Of a stretch of DNA of 49,672 nt, positions 37,176-45,886 are shown one piece after another (position 1 is the stretch's first letter; every line of letters starts with the position of its first letter). Location of the stretch: positions 1-49,672 of the forward strand of contig JBDLUK010000130.1 in assembly GCA_039805365.1 (NCBI GenBank). The letters run 5' to 3'. A model generated the notes under the pieces. That model made no database searches, was not told the origin of the DNA, and saw nothing but the letters and a program-made list of their open reading frames with translations. This DNA is from Bacteroidota bacterium (lineage in GTDB: Bacteria > Bacteroidota > Bacteroidia > Flavobacteriales_D > Sanyastnellaceae). The translations under genes and the position numbers were made by a program.

Positions 37176-38384
37176 TCAACGCATCGACATTCTTCCGCTT
37201 CCCATGAGCTGCATGGCCAAAGATTCAAAACCATCGGAAGGCTTGTACCACGCGATAAATTGCCCCGGAGCTATTGCTCTTTGAGATTGTTGAAAAAAGA
37301 AATAATATCCATTCTCATTGTGGTACAACTCTACATTTTCCAAAATCTGACGGTAACGAATGCGCGCCATGAAATTACTTTCTCCAGAATTGTATTTCTG
37401 TAAAAAATGAATGTGCTCATTTGGGACGAAAACTACACTCTGATAAAGCGCAATGTGGTTCTCCCCTTCACCAACATAAACTGTATTGGTTGTGGTATCC
37501 GTATGAAGTATAAAAAGCGGTTCCTTGAAACCTCCTATTTGCAATCCTTTTCTCTGACCTACTGTATAATAATGCGCACCTTGATGCTTCCCAATCCATC
37601 GTCCCTTCATTTCGTTCCATTTCGGCATTTGCGCTATTTCTTGCGCTTGCTCCCAGGACCATTGGACCATGGTTCGATTTCCGGCCACCCGGGTATACTC
37701 CTCTGGAGCAATATAAATCACATTGCCTTCTTTGGGGGAAAGTTGCTGTTGAAGAAAAACGGGTAGCTTCACTTTTCCTACAAAACACAAACCCTGTGAA
37801 TCCTTTTTTTGCGCCGTTGGCAAATTAAACTTTTCTGCCAACTCCCTCACCTGAGATTTTTGCAAGTGGCCTATAGGGAACATCGCTTTCGACAATTGCT
37901 CTTGGGAGATTTGACACAAGAAATAACTCTGATCCTTGTTCGCATCTGCTCCTTCGACCAATTCAAAAACTTGACTTGCCTCGTTCCAATATTTTCTGCA
38001 ATAATGTCCCGTAGCCACAAAATCAGCCCCCAATTGCTCAGCTGCTTTCAAGAAAACATCAAACTTAATTTCTCTATTGCACAAGACATCAGGATTGGGC
38101 GTAAAACCATTTTTATACTCTTCAAACATGTACTCAACAATCCGCTTCTTGTACTCGCCACTCAAATCCAAAACTTGGAATGGTATACCCAAATGTTCAG
38201 CTACGAGCATTGCATCATTGGAATCATCTATCCATGGACACTCCTGATTGATCACCACCGACTCATCATGCCAATTGCGCATAAAAACACCAATCACCTC
38301 ATATCCTTGTTCCAAAAGAAGTGCGGCTGAAACACTCGAATCAACACCGCCAGACAAACCTACTACTACTCTTTTCTGAGACAT
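37176..38384 (-). CDS. mnmA: tRNA 2-thiouridine(34) synthase
   Basis: PP-loop VVVGLSGGVDSSVSA and a conserved MnmA-like layout, 402 aa from ATG 38384. Confidence 0.93.
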   Translation of the reverse strand: MSQKRVVVGLSGGVDSSVSAALLLEQGYEVIGVFMRNWHDESVVINQECPWIDDSNDAMLVAEHLGIPFQVLDLSGEYKKRIVEYMFEEYKNGFTPNPDVLCNREIKFDVFLKAAEQLGADFVATGHYCRKYWNEASQVFELVEGADANKDQSYFLCQISQEQLSKAMFPIGHLQKSQVRELAEKFNLPTAQKKDSQGLCFVGKVKLPVFLQQQLSPKEGNVIYIAPEEYTRVAGNRTMVQWSWEQAQEIAQMPKWNEMKGRWIGKHQGAHYYTVGQRKGLQIGGFKEPLFILHTDTTTNTVYVGEGENHIALYQSVVFVPNEHIHFLQKYNSGESNFMARIRYRQILENVELYHNENGYYFFFQQSQRAIAPGQFIAWYKPSDGFESLAMQLMGSGRMSMR

Positions 38385-38390
38385 TAAAAA

Positions 38391-38398
38391 CAAAAGTA
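38391..38398 (-). promoter_or_regulatory. -7 box TACTTTTG, 6 nt upstream of the mnmA ATG
   Basis: Perfect TAnnTTTG on the minus strand. Confidence 0.45.
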
Positions 38399-38458
38399 AA
38401 ACTTTTTTTTCTGCACTGGGGCAACCTGCACAAACAAAAACGTCATTACTTTAGTTGA

Positions 38459-39010
38459 GTGCCTGAATCGATCATTATAAACGAATTGGTAATGGGCTGC
38501 ATCCATGGTGATTTGCGGTCTCAAGAACTCGTGTATAAGATGTTTTCAGGTAGAATGATGGTGGTGTGTGTACGTTATTTGAAATCGAGGGAAGATGCTG
38601 AAGATCTTTTGCAAGAAGGGTTCATCAAGGCTTTTCAACAAATTCACCAATTCAAGGGAAATGGTGTGTTTGAAGGGTGGCTGAGGAGAATGTTTGTCAA
38701 TTTATGTTTGGATACATTGAGAAAAAACAAGGGTATCCGTTGGGTTTCAACTGACAATAATGAAATCCCATCAGAAATAACGAATGAACACGAAGACTAC
38801 GATGTGGATTTTGATTTTACTCCAGAGCAAGTTTTAAACGCTATGGAAAAATTATCTCCTGTTTATAGAACTGTATTCAACCTAATTGCCTTTGAAGAAT
38901 TTACGCACCAAGATGTGGCCGATAAATTAGGTATAACTGTTGGCACATCCAAGAGCAATTACTTTAAAGCAAAGAAGAACTTACAACGTATTTTACTCGA
39001 TACTATTTGA
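38459..39010 (+). CDS. ECF-type sigma-70 family sigma factor
   Basis: Region 2 (DAEDLLQEGFIKAFQ..FEGWLRRMFVNLCLDTLRKNK) and region 4 (HQDVADKLGITVGTSKSNYFKAKKNL). The GTG start is preceded by TACTTTAG-N4. GGCAAC-N15-CGTC lies upstream at 38420-38444. Confidence 0.85.
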   Translation: MPESIIINELVMGCIHGDLRSQELVYKMFSGRMMVVCVRYLKSREDAEDLLQEGFIKAFQQIHQFKGNGVFEGWLRRMFVNLCLDTLRKNKGIRWVSTDNNEIPSEITNEHEDYDVDFDFTPEQVLNAMEKLSPVYRTVFNLIAFEEFTHQDVADKLGITVGTSKSNYFKAKKNLQRILLDTI

Positions 39011-39014
39011 AGAA

Positions 39015-40244
39015 ATGAGCGAAAATAAATTTGAAAAAAAATTAAGAGGAACATTCAAGGACCACGAAATGCCCGTGAGTCCCGGAGTGTGGACGGGCAT
39101 CGCTGAAGGCATGGCAACTTCCGCAACTACAGCGGCAATTGCTTCTTCAAAGTTATTTAAAACAATTGGAGCTGCCGTAGTCATGATTGGAATTGGTATA
39201 GGATCTACCGTTCTCTATTTCAATCAAAAATCCGAAGCCAATGGAATTGCCGAAAAGCAAATCGAAAAGCAGGTTTTAATTTCAGATGATTCTGATAAGT
39301 CAGTCATTTCAGAAAATGAAATATCGCCCGCAAAGACATCTATAGAAGAACCTTTCTCAAGCAACCCAACAGTTGTAAAAAGAGACGGCATCTCGCAAGA
39401 GAAAGTCAATCTACTTGCTAATGATGCTGGTCAAATCGATGTTATAAATTCTCCCTCAAACAATGGTCATTCATCTAAATCAGATGTTTTTCAACCCGGC
39501 GGAACGCGAACAAATTGCGTAGGTGCTGAAATCTCATTCAATCCACCTTCCGCTCCCGAAGATGTGAGTTTTTTATGGAATTTTGGAGATGGTAGTTTTT
39601 CAAACGAAAGAGATCCAAAGCACAGATATTTAAAGCCTGGAACCTACGTTGTTTCATTGTCATTGTCCGGTCACAAAAGTGCTCAGATCAATACGATGAA
39701 CATGAGTGAGACCATCACCATCCTTACTACTCCAGATGCTGAATTTGATTGGAAATTTGTGAACGGTCCCAATGAAGTGCCAACCATTCAAATCGAAAAT
39801 TTAAGCCAGCGTAGCCATTTCACATCTTGGACCTTTGATGATGGATTGCATCAAGATGGGGACTCGCCAATGAAGTCTTTTTCTCAAGCTGGAAAACATG
39901 CCATTCAAATTACAGCTATCCATGAAAATGGATGCCGCGACACGAAAATTAAATATTTGGATGTCAATTCAGATTACAACCTCAATGCCCCCAGCAGCAT
40001 TTATGTGGGACAAGAATTTATGCCCCAAGGACTCATTGCAATGAAAGGTAATTTTGTCTTGAGCATCTATGACAACGGCAAAAAAATATTTGAGACAAAA
40101 TCTCCTAAGCGCGCATGGAACGGCATAGATACGAAAGGTCGATCTATGGAAATCAACAAACAATACCCTTGGATTGCAATCGTTCATAACGAAAAAACCG
40201 GTGAAGACAAATATTACAGCGGATCCATATTACTGAGACCTTAA
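39015..40244 (+). CDS. Single-pass membrane protein, anti-sigma-like position, with periplasmic PKD-like domains and a degenerate type-B-CTD-like C-terminus
   Basis: Starts 4 nt after the sigma stop. Short cytoplasmic N-terminus, then TM helix FKTIGAAVVMIGIGIGSTVLYF. PKD-type motifs FLWNFGDGSFS and WTFDDGLHQ. C-terminus LSIYDNGKKIFETKSPKRAWNGID..YYSGSILLRP aligns with the type-B CTDs in this window but lacks TPNGDGIND. Confidence 0.6.
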   Translation: MSENKFEKKLRGTFKDHEMPVSPGVWTGIAEGMATSATTAAIASSKLFKTIGAAVVMIGIGIGSTVLYFNQKSEANGIAEKQIEKQVLISDDSDKSVISENEISPAKTSIEEPFSSNPTVVKRDGISQEKVNLLANDAGQIDVINSPSNNGHSSKSDVFQPGGTRTNCVGAEISFNPPSAPEDVSFLWNFGDGSFSNERDPKHRYLKPGTYVVSLSLSGHKSAQINTMNMSETITILTTPDAEFDWKFVNGPNEVPTIQIENLSQRSHFTSWTFDDGLHQDGDSPMKSFSQAGKHAIQITAIHENGCRDTKIKYLDVNSDYNLNAPSSIYVGQEFMPQGLIAMKGNFVLSIYDNGKKIFETKSPKRAWNGIDTKGRSMEINKQYPWIAIVHNEKTGEDKYYSGSILLRP

Positions 40245-40269
40245 CCAAAACCTAGATAGAAAAGAAAGT

Positions 40270-40293
40270 GGAGCCTCGGCTCCCTTTTTTTTT
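40270..40293 (+). terminator. Rho-independent terminator after the sigma/anti-sigma-like pair
   Basis: Hairpin ggagc-ctcg-gctcc followed by a T-run of about 9. Confidence 0.7.
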
Positions 40294-40312
40294 GAATAAT
40301 TTCGTTACGAAA

Positions 40313-40340
40313 TGCAACTCTTCGTTTCGTATATTTGTCT
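40313..40340 (+). promoter_or_regulatory. Candidate ECF-type promoter TGCAAC-N18-GTCT, overlapping a TATATTTG -7 box at 40330-40337, 30 nt upstream of ATG 40371
   Basis: TGCAAC at 40313-40318 and GTCT at 40337-40340, with the same motif and spacing as 15423-15450. The small palindrome atttcg-tta-cgaaat (40299-40313) abuts it upstream. The alternative reading is an ordinary sigma-A -7 box. Confidence 0.4.
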
Positions 40341-40370
40341 GTTATAAGTATCGTATTTACTACTAAAGCA

Positions 40371-43300
40371 ATGAATTTAAAACTTACACTTTTGGCTTTG
40401 GGACTGGGACCCGTTTTAGCTTTCTCCCAAGTACCCATTTCCAACACACCATTGAATACCTGTTCAGAGATTTTAACTGACGATGGTGGCGGAGGCGTAT
40501 ACACAGCCACTGATTACACAATGGTCATTTGTCCTGACACTCCGGGAGATGTAATTCAATTGGACTTTTCAGCATTTGCTTTACAAACCAATGCCAATGG
40601 AAGCAACTCCGATTACTTGGCGATCTATGATGGCAACAGCATTGGTGCAACTTCATTGGGTTCCTACACTGGGACACAGCTACAAGGATATCAAGTAACA
40701 GGAACTGTGAATAACACCTCTGGTTGTCTTACTTTACAATTCAATGATAACGGCCCCGCCAATACTACCTCTCCAGGTTTTGAGGCTGCTATCAGTTGCA
40801 CCACTCCATGTGCCAATCCCACTTCCGTTTCATCCATTGTAGGAGAAACTATCATTGACCCCGTTGACAATCCTCATATCAATGTTTGTATCGGGGAGAC
40901 TGTGACTTTCAATGGGTCAGCATCATTTGCCCAAACTGGTTTCAACTTGGTAGAATACGAATGGAACTTTGACGATGGAACCATCGACAACACCTCAGGT
41001 CCAAATGCATCTCACGATTTTACAGTACCTGGGGAGCATTTGGTTACTTTGATAGTTACAGACAACAATGGTTGTCAAAATTTAAATCTTGAGCCGCTAA
41101 GTGTTTGGGTATCCACGGTACCTGTATTTACGCAATTGTCAGAGAATGCACCTGCCATGACTTGTTTGGGGGATGATTTACAAATTGAAGGCGCTTTTGA
41201 AAGTATACAATGGACTTCTCTGCCACCTCAAGTGGTTTCAGGTGAATCTTATCTTGCTGATGGTGCGGGATTCTCCTATTCAAATTCTATCACTTATGAT
41301 TTCTTCGATCCAGCAGCAACTTTAACCAACTGTAGTGATTTATATGGGATTTTTGTCAACATGGAGCACTCCTATTCTGGTGACGTTTCCATGACCATAA
41401 CATGCCCCAATGGAACTATTGTAGATTTGGTAACCTACCCCAGTGGTGGAGGTGGAACTTATCTTGGAGAAGCTATCGATGATGGCGTCTCAGCAACGGA
41501 TCCTGGTATTGGATACAATTACACTTGGGCACCCAACACAACAAATCCTACTTGGAATGCCGCTTTCACAGCGGGAGTTGCAGGTGGTAATCTTGTACAA
41601 AATGTTGGAAATCCAAGTGCAAATGCACTCGCACCCGGAACTTATGCTGCTACAGGTAACCTTTGTGATCTAGTCGGTTGCCCTTTGAATGGATCTTGGA
41701 CCATTAGTGTATTGGACAACTTAGCCGCTGACAATGGATATATCTTCCAATGGGGATTGAACCTCAATCCAGCATTGTTTCCAGGCATTACCACATTCAC
41801 ACCTAGCATCGGTATTGATTCTGATAGCTCTTATTGGACCGTAGATCCTGCCCTTTCTAATTTGATTGATGCAACTACTAACAGTGACGTTTTAGAAATT
41901 GATCCTCCAGGACCAGGTACATATGGTTTCACCTACCACGTCATCAACTCGTTCGGTTGTGAAAACGACACTACTATTTTTGTAGAATTCTATGACCCCA
42001 TCCCGGTTATTGCAGTTCCAGATGTAATTCAATACGACTGCGCACCTGTTCAATTGCAAGCTTGGTTTGACGGAATTCCAATTTGTCCTGTATGTTCCGA
42101 CGGTGTCCTCGGGGACAACGATGGCAATGGGACTTACGACAATAACGTTTTGTATACTGATGTACTTTGTCCTCCTGCAGGATCAGGTTATCAAGTATCC
42201 GTCCAAATCTCCGGACAAATTGAAATGGGATTTGATGCGGTAGGTATTTATAATGGCTCTGTTAATTTGGGAACCCCTTTGCCCACAACCCTTCCTGCTG
42301 GACCAAATAACCTTTTCAACTGGGGGCAAGGATCAACCTCAGGTTTACCTTTTCAAATTACCTCACCTGTAACCGTAACTTCAACTGATCCATCTGGCTG
42401 TTTGACAGTTTACATGGAAAGCGATGGTTCAGTTGGATACAACTTACCATTCGTGGTGAATATGTTTGACCCTGCTTCAGGGAATACGCTTTCTTCACAA
42501 GGTCCAGATTATGATTGGGAATGGTCTCCATCTGCGGATTTAGATGACGCATTCATTATTGACCCTACGGTAAATTCAATCAATCAGACAACAACTTTCA
42601 CCGTAACAGGATATCCTGCAGGACATCCTGGCTGTGCGAGTACTGCTACTGTAACTGTTCAGGTTAATCCTCTGGGCGACCCAGGAATCAGCACAACTCC
42701 TCCAGTGTATTGTTACAACGACAACACTACGTACAATGTGTTTGACTTGTTAGATGGTAACCCCGTGCAAAATATTGGTGTTTGGACTTTACCTGATGGT
42801 TCACAATTTGGAGACAATGCAGGCGAACTATCAACTGACCTTACATTCAGTCCTACAACAAGCACACCGGGTGTTTACACACATACGGTGGTTTCTGGTG
42901 GATGTTCACTTTCTGCAACAGTTACGATTCAAGAAAGTACACCTGTAACCATTACAACAACGGGGGATACTGAAATTTGCTGGTATGATTTAATCGATTC
43001 AGAAGTTCTTACAACAAATGGCGGATTAGCGCCTGTAAGCTATGCTTGGAGTTTTGAAGGAAATCCAATAGGATTCACTGAAGATATCATTGGATATGAT
43101 CCTGCCAGTAGTGGACAATTCTGCGTAGACGCCACTGATGCATGTAACGATGTCGCATCCAATTGTTTCAATTTGACCGTTCGCCCTAAAGTACCGGTTG
43201 AAATTTCAGCAACGCCTCAACAAGCTTGCTGGCCCGATCCATTGGCATTGGAACTTCAAACAGATCCTACGTTATACGATTTGAACCATTGGGATATCAG

Positions 43301-43994
43301 CAATGGTGATGGATATGACAACATGGTCAACATCAACCAAACTTTTGACAATCCAGGATCTTATCATGTTACCGTTCTTTTGATTGATGATCTTGGTTGT
43401 CAATACGACTCAACTTTCAACAACTACCTTACTTCATTCTCTCCGCCTACTGCGGGCTGGATGACTCAGGAAGATGAGGTAGATTCTTTCGAACCTACAT
43501 TCCACTTTAACAACATGAGCGAAGGAAATATTTCAGACTACAACTGGACTTTCGACTTAAACGGTAACGAGGAATATTCGATCGAATATGAACCTGTTCA
43601 CACCTTCCCTCTCGGAGTAGGCGGTGACTATACCGTTCAATTGCAAGTGGTGGATGTAAATGGCTGTATCGATATTGCAACTGGAGAAGTGCATGTAATT
43701 GAACCTTTCTTATTCTACATCCCGACGGGCTTTACTCCAAACGGAGATAATATCAATGATGCCATTCAGTTTGTATCCAACGACATTGATGAGAAGAATT
43801 TCATATTAACTATTTTCGATCGTTGGGGATCCATCGTATTCCAAACCACAGATCCTTACGAGGCTTGGCAGGGAAATACTCCAGAAGGTTCATACTATGT
43901 ACCGAACGGCGTTTACAATTGGAATGCTACCATTCGCTCAAAATCTACAGGTGAAAGAAAAGAAATTGTCGGAACAATTACCATTGCACGATAA
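40371..43994 (+). CDS. Giant secreted protein with CUB-like domains, PKD-like domains, a proprotein-convertase P-domain-like module and a T9SS type-B sorting domain
   Basis: Signal peptide MNLKLTLLALGLGPVLAFSQ. CUB-like segment (DYLAIYDGNSIG..CLTLQFNDNG..PGFEAAISC). PKD-type YEWNFDDGTID. P-domain-like segment (NMEHSYSGDVSMTITCPNGTIVDLV..NGSWTISVLDNLAADNGYIFQWGLNL). C-terminus LFYIPTGFTPNGDNINDAI..IFDRWGSIVFQT..GVYNWN..GTITIAR. Confidence 0.85.
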   Translation: MNLKLTLLALGLGPVLAFSQVPISNTPLNTCSEILTDDGGGGVYTATDYTMVICPDTPGDVIQLDFSAFALQTNANGSNSDYLAIYDGNSIGATSLGSYTGTQLQGYQVTGTVNNTSGCLTLQFNDNGPANTTSPGFEAAISCTTPCANPTSVSSIVGETIIDPVDNPHINVCIGETVTFNGSASFAQTGFNLVEYEWNFDDGTIDNTSGPNASHDFTVPGEHLVTLIVTDNNGCQNLNLEPLSVWVSTVPVFTQLSENAPAMTCLGDDLQIEGAFESIQWTSLPPQVVSGESYLADGAGFSYSNSITYDFFDPAATLTNCSDLYGIFVNMEHSYSGDVSMTITCPNGTIVDLVTYPSGGGGTYLGEAIDDGVSATDPGIGYNYTWAPNTTNPTWNAAFTAGVAGGNLVQNVGNPSANALAPGTYAATGNLCDLVGCPLNGSWTISVLDNLAADNGYIFQWGLNLNPALFPGITTFTPSIGIDSDSSYWTVDPALSNLIDATTNSDVLEIDPPGPGTYGFTYHVINSFGCENDTTIFVEFYDPIPVIAVPDVIQYDCAPVQLQAWFDGIPICPVCSDGVLGDNDGNGTYDNNVLYTDVLCPPAGSGYQVSVQISGQIEMGFDAVGIYNGSVNLGTPLPTTLPAGPNNLFNWGQGSTSGLPFQITSPVTVTSTDPSGCLTVYMESDGSVGYNLPFVVNMFDPASGNTLSSQGPDYDWEWSPSADLDDAFIIDPTVNSINQTTTFTVTGYPAGHPGCASTATVTVQVNPLGDPGISTTPPVYCYNDNTTYNVFDLLDGNPVQNIGVWTLPDGSQFGDNAGELSTDLTFSPTTSTPGVYTHTVVSGGCSLSATVTIQESTPVTITTTGDTEICWYDLIDSEVLTTNGGLAPVSYAWSFEGNPIGFTEDIIGYDPASSGQFCVDATDACNDVASNCFNLTVRPKVPVEISATPQQACWPDPLALELQTDPTLYDLNHWDISNGDGYDNMVNINQTFDNPGSYHVTVLLIDDLGCQYDSTFNNYLTSFSPPTAGWMTQEDEVDSFEPTFHFNNMSEGNISDYNWTFDLNGNEEYSIEYEPVHTFPLGVGGDYTVQLQVVDVNGCIDIATGEVHVIEPFLFYIPTGFTPNGDNINDAIQFVSNDIDEKNFILTIFDRWGSIVFQTTDPYEAWQGNTPEGSYYVPNGVYNWNATIRSKSTGERKEIVGTITIAR

Positions 43995-44010
43995 GCAAAC
44001 TTCACACAAT

Positions 44011-44042
44011 AAAAAGGGCGACCCATTTGGTCGCCCTTTTTA
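44011..44042. terminator. Bidirectional terminator between the cargo gene and argS
   Basis: Sequence aaaaa-gggcgacc-cattt-ggtcgccc-ttttt. Confidence 0.75.
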
Positions 44043-44056
44043 TTTCCCTATAAAAC

Positions 44057-45841
44057 TTACATCCTTGATGGCATCGAAACGCCCAATAAGGACATGCTCG
44101 ATGCAATGCACTGCCCTGTCAATGCAGTTAATTGTAAACGCAACGATTTACGTGTTGCATCCTCTTCCTTCAAAATTCCACATTGCTGATAAAACGAATT
44201 GAATGTCTTAGTCAATTCATATGAAAATGCTGCCACTACAGCAGGATTATACTCTGCCCCCGCCTGCGCCAGCACTTGCGGATAAGAGAACAACAATTGA
44301 ATCAAAGATTTCTCGTATACATTCAAATCAACTCCAGTAACGTCTATGGCTTGCCACTCCCCTGCTTTGCGCAAAACAGCTTGTGTCCGCACATAACCAT
44401 ACTGAACAAAAGGTCCAGTGTTGCCATTGAAATCGATGCTCTCTTGCGGGTTGAACATCATATTCTTCTTGGGATCTACTCGCAGCAAGAAATACTTTAA
44501 GGCCGACATACCGATTACATTGTAAACCTCGGACTTTTCTTCTTCATTCAAATCAGCCAACTTACCCTGCTCATCGGCAACAATGCGAGACTCAGCGGCC
44601 ATCGACTCCATCAAATCATCAGCATCCACCACTGTTCCTTCCCTACTTTTCATTTTACCCTCAGGGAGTTCCACCATACCATAGCTCAGGTGATAGCAAG
44701 CATCTGATTGCGTCCAACCCAATTTCTTCAATATTTTAAACAATACTTTGAAGTGATATTCCTGCTCGTTTCCCACGGTATAAATCTGAGAAGCCGTATC
44801 CGGATAATCCTCAAATCGAATGATGGCCGTTCCAATATCTTGGGTAACATACATTGCGGTTCCATCTCTGCGCAAAACGGCCTTCTCATCTAATCCTTCT
44901 TCAGTCAAATCAATCCAAACACTGCCATCGTCCTTTCTATAAAACACTCCCTTCTCGAGTCCCTTCAATACTTCATCACGCCCTTTCAAATAGGTTTCAC
45001 TTTCAAAATACAATTGATCGAAGTCTACACCCATTCGCTTGTAAGTTGCTTCAAATCCTTCATAGACCCAACCGTTCATCTTCTTCCACAATGCCACTAC
45101 TTCTGCATCGCCATTCTCCCACGCACGCAACATTTCTTGAGCAGCTTTCATAGAAGGCGCATTTTGCTTGGCATCATCTTCTGAAGATCCATTGGCCATC
45201 AACTCACGAATCTCACTCTTGTACATGGCATCAAACTCTACGTAATATTTACCGACGAGCTTGTCACCCTTCATCCCTGTAGACTCTGGAGTTTCATTCT
45301 TTCCAGAATGCATCCAAGCATACATGCTCTTACATATATGGATACCACGATCATTGATGATTTGCACCTTGGTTACCTTGTGACCATTGGCCTTTAGTAT
45401 TTGAGCCACCGAATATCCAAGGAAATTATTTCTCAAATGTCCCAAATGCAGCGGCTTGTTGGTGTTGGGCGAAGAATATTCTACCATCATCCGAGGCTTT
45501 GAATCTGGTGCTGAAAAACCCCAATGAGGTTCTTTTGTCATACCGGTCAAATTGCTCAACCAATAAGCATCGCTAAAAACCAAATTCAAAAAACCTTTGA
45601 CCACATTGAACCCAATGACATCATGCACTTTCTCTTGAATAAATTCGCCCAATCGCATGGCCAAATCTTCAGGTTTTGACTGGGTCAATTTTGTTAATGG
45701 AAAAACGACAAATGTGACGTCTCCTTCAAACTCCTTGCGCGTTGCTTGAAATTGCAATGCCGTTTCAGGGATGTCCACTTGGTAAAGACTTTTACCCGCA
45801 TCTTTCAATGCTAATTTGATTTGATCAACGATTGTATTCAT
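44057..45841 (-). CDS. argS: Arginine--tRNA ligase
   Basis: HIGH-type motif PLHLGHLRN, KMSK-type motif GKMKSREG, and a C-terminal anticodon-binding helical domain ending in ..SRM. Confidence 0.95.
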   Translation of the reverse strand: MNTIVDQIKLALKDAGKSLYQVDIPETALQFQATRKEFEGDVTFVVFPLTKLTQSKPEDLAMRLGEFIQEKVHDVIGFNVVKGFLNLVFSDAYWLSNLTGMTKEPHWGFSAPDSKPRMMVEYSSPNTNKPLHLGHLRNNFLGYSVAQILKANGHKVTKVQIINDRGIHICKSMYAWMHSGKNETPESTGMKGDKLVGKYYVEFDAMYKSEIRELMANGSSEDDAKQNAPSMKAAQEMLRAWENGDAEVVALWKKMNGWVYEGFEATYKRMGVDFDQLYFESETYLKGRDEVLKGLEKGVFYRKDDGSVWIDLTEEGLDEKAVLRRDGTAMYVTQDIGTAIIRFEDYPDTASQIYTVGNEQEYHFKVLFKILKKLGWTQSDACYHLSYGMVELPEGKMKSREGTVVDADDLMESMAAESRIVADEQGKLADLNEEEKSEVYNVIGMSALKYFLLRVDPKKNMMFNPQESIDFNGNTGPFVQYGYVRTQAVLRKAGEWQAIDVTGVDLNVYEKSLIQLLFSYPQVLAQAGAEYNPAVVAAFSYELTKTFNSFYQQCGILKEEDATRKSLRLQLTALTGQCIASSMSLLGVSMPSRM

Positions 45842-45874
45842 AATGATTTCGTGCTGTAAAGGTAATAAAGGCTG

Positions 45875-45882
45875 TAACTTTG
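45875..45882 (+). promoter_or_regulatory. -7 box TAACTTTG, 4 nt upstream of the ribB ATG
   Basis: Perfect TAnnTTTG, followed by tggc and then ATG 45887. The whole argS-ribB intergenic region is only 45 nt. Confidence 0.5.
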
Positions 45883-45886
45883 TGGC

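Noticed and set aside
37809-38330. Long antisense ORFs inside well-supported genes: 37809-38330 opposite mnmA, 46445-46900 and 45838-46227 opposite ribB, 30735-31163 opposite the sigma gene, and 240-671 opposite the first cargo gene
   Set aside because: Each lies entirely within a gene that has strong motif support on the other strand. Their translations are low-complexity or motif-free. They lack upstream promoter boxes. These are typical shadow ORFs.
45842-45886. Expected an FMN (RFN) riboswitch upstream of ribB
   Set aside because: The intergenic region is only 45 nt, and a -7 box lies 4 nt from the ATG. An RFN element of roughly 130 nt or more cannot fit.
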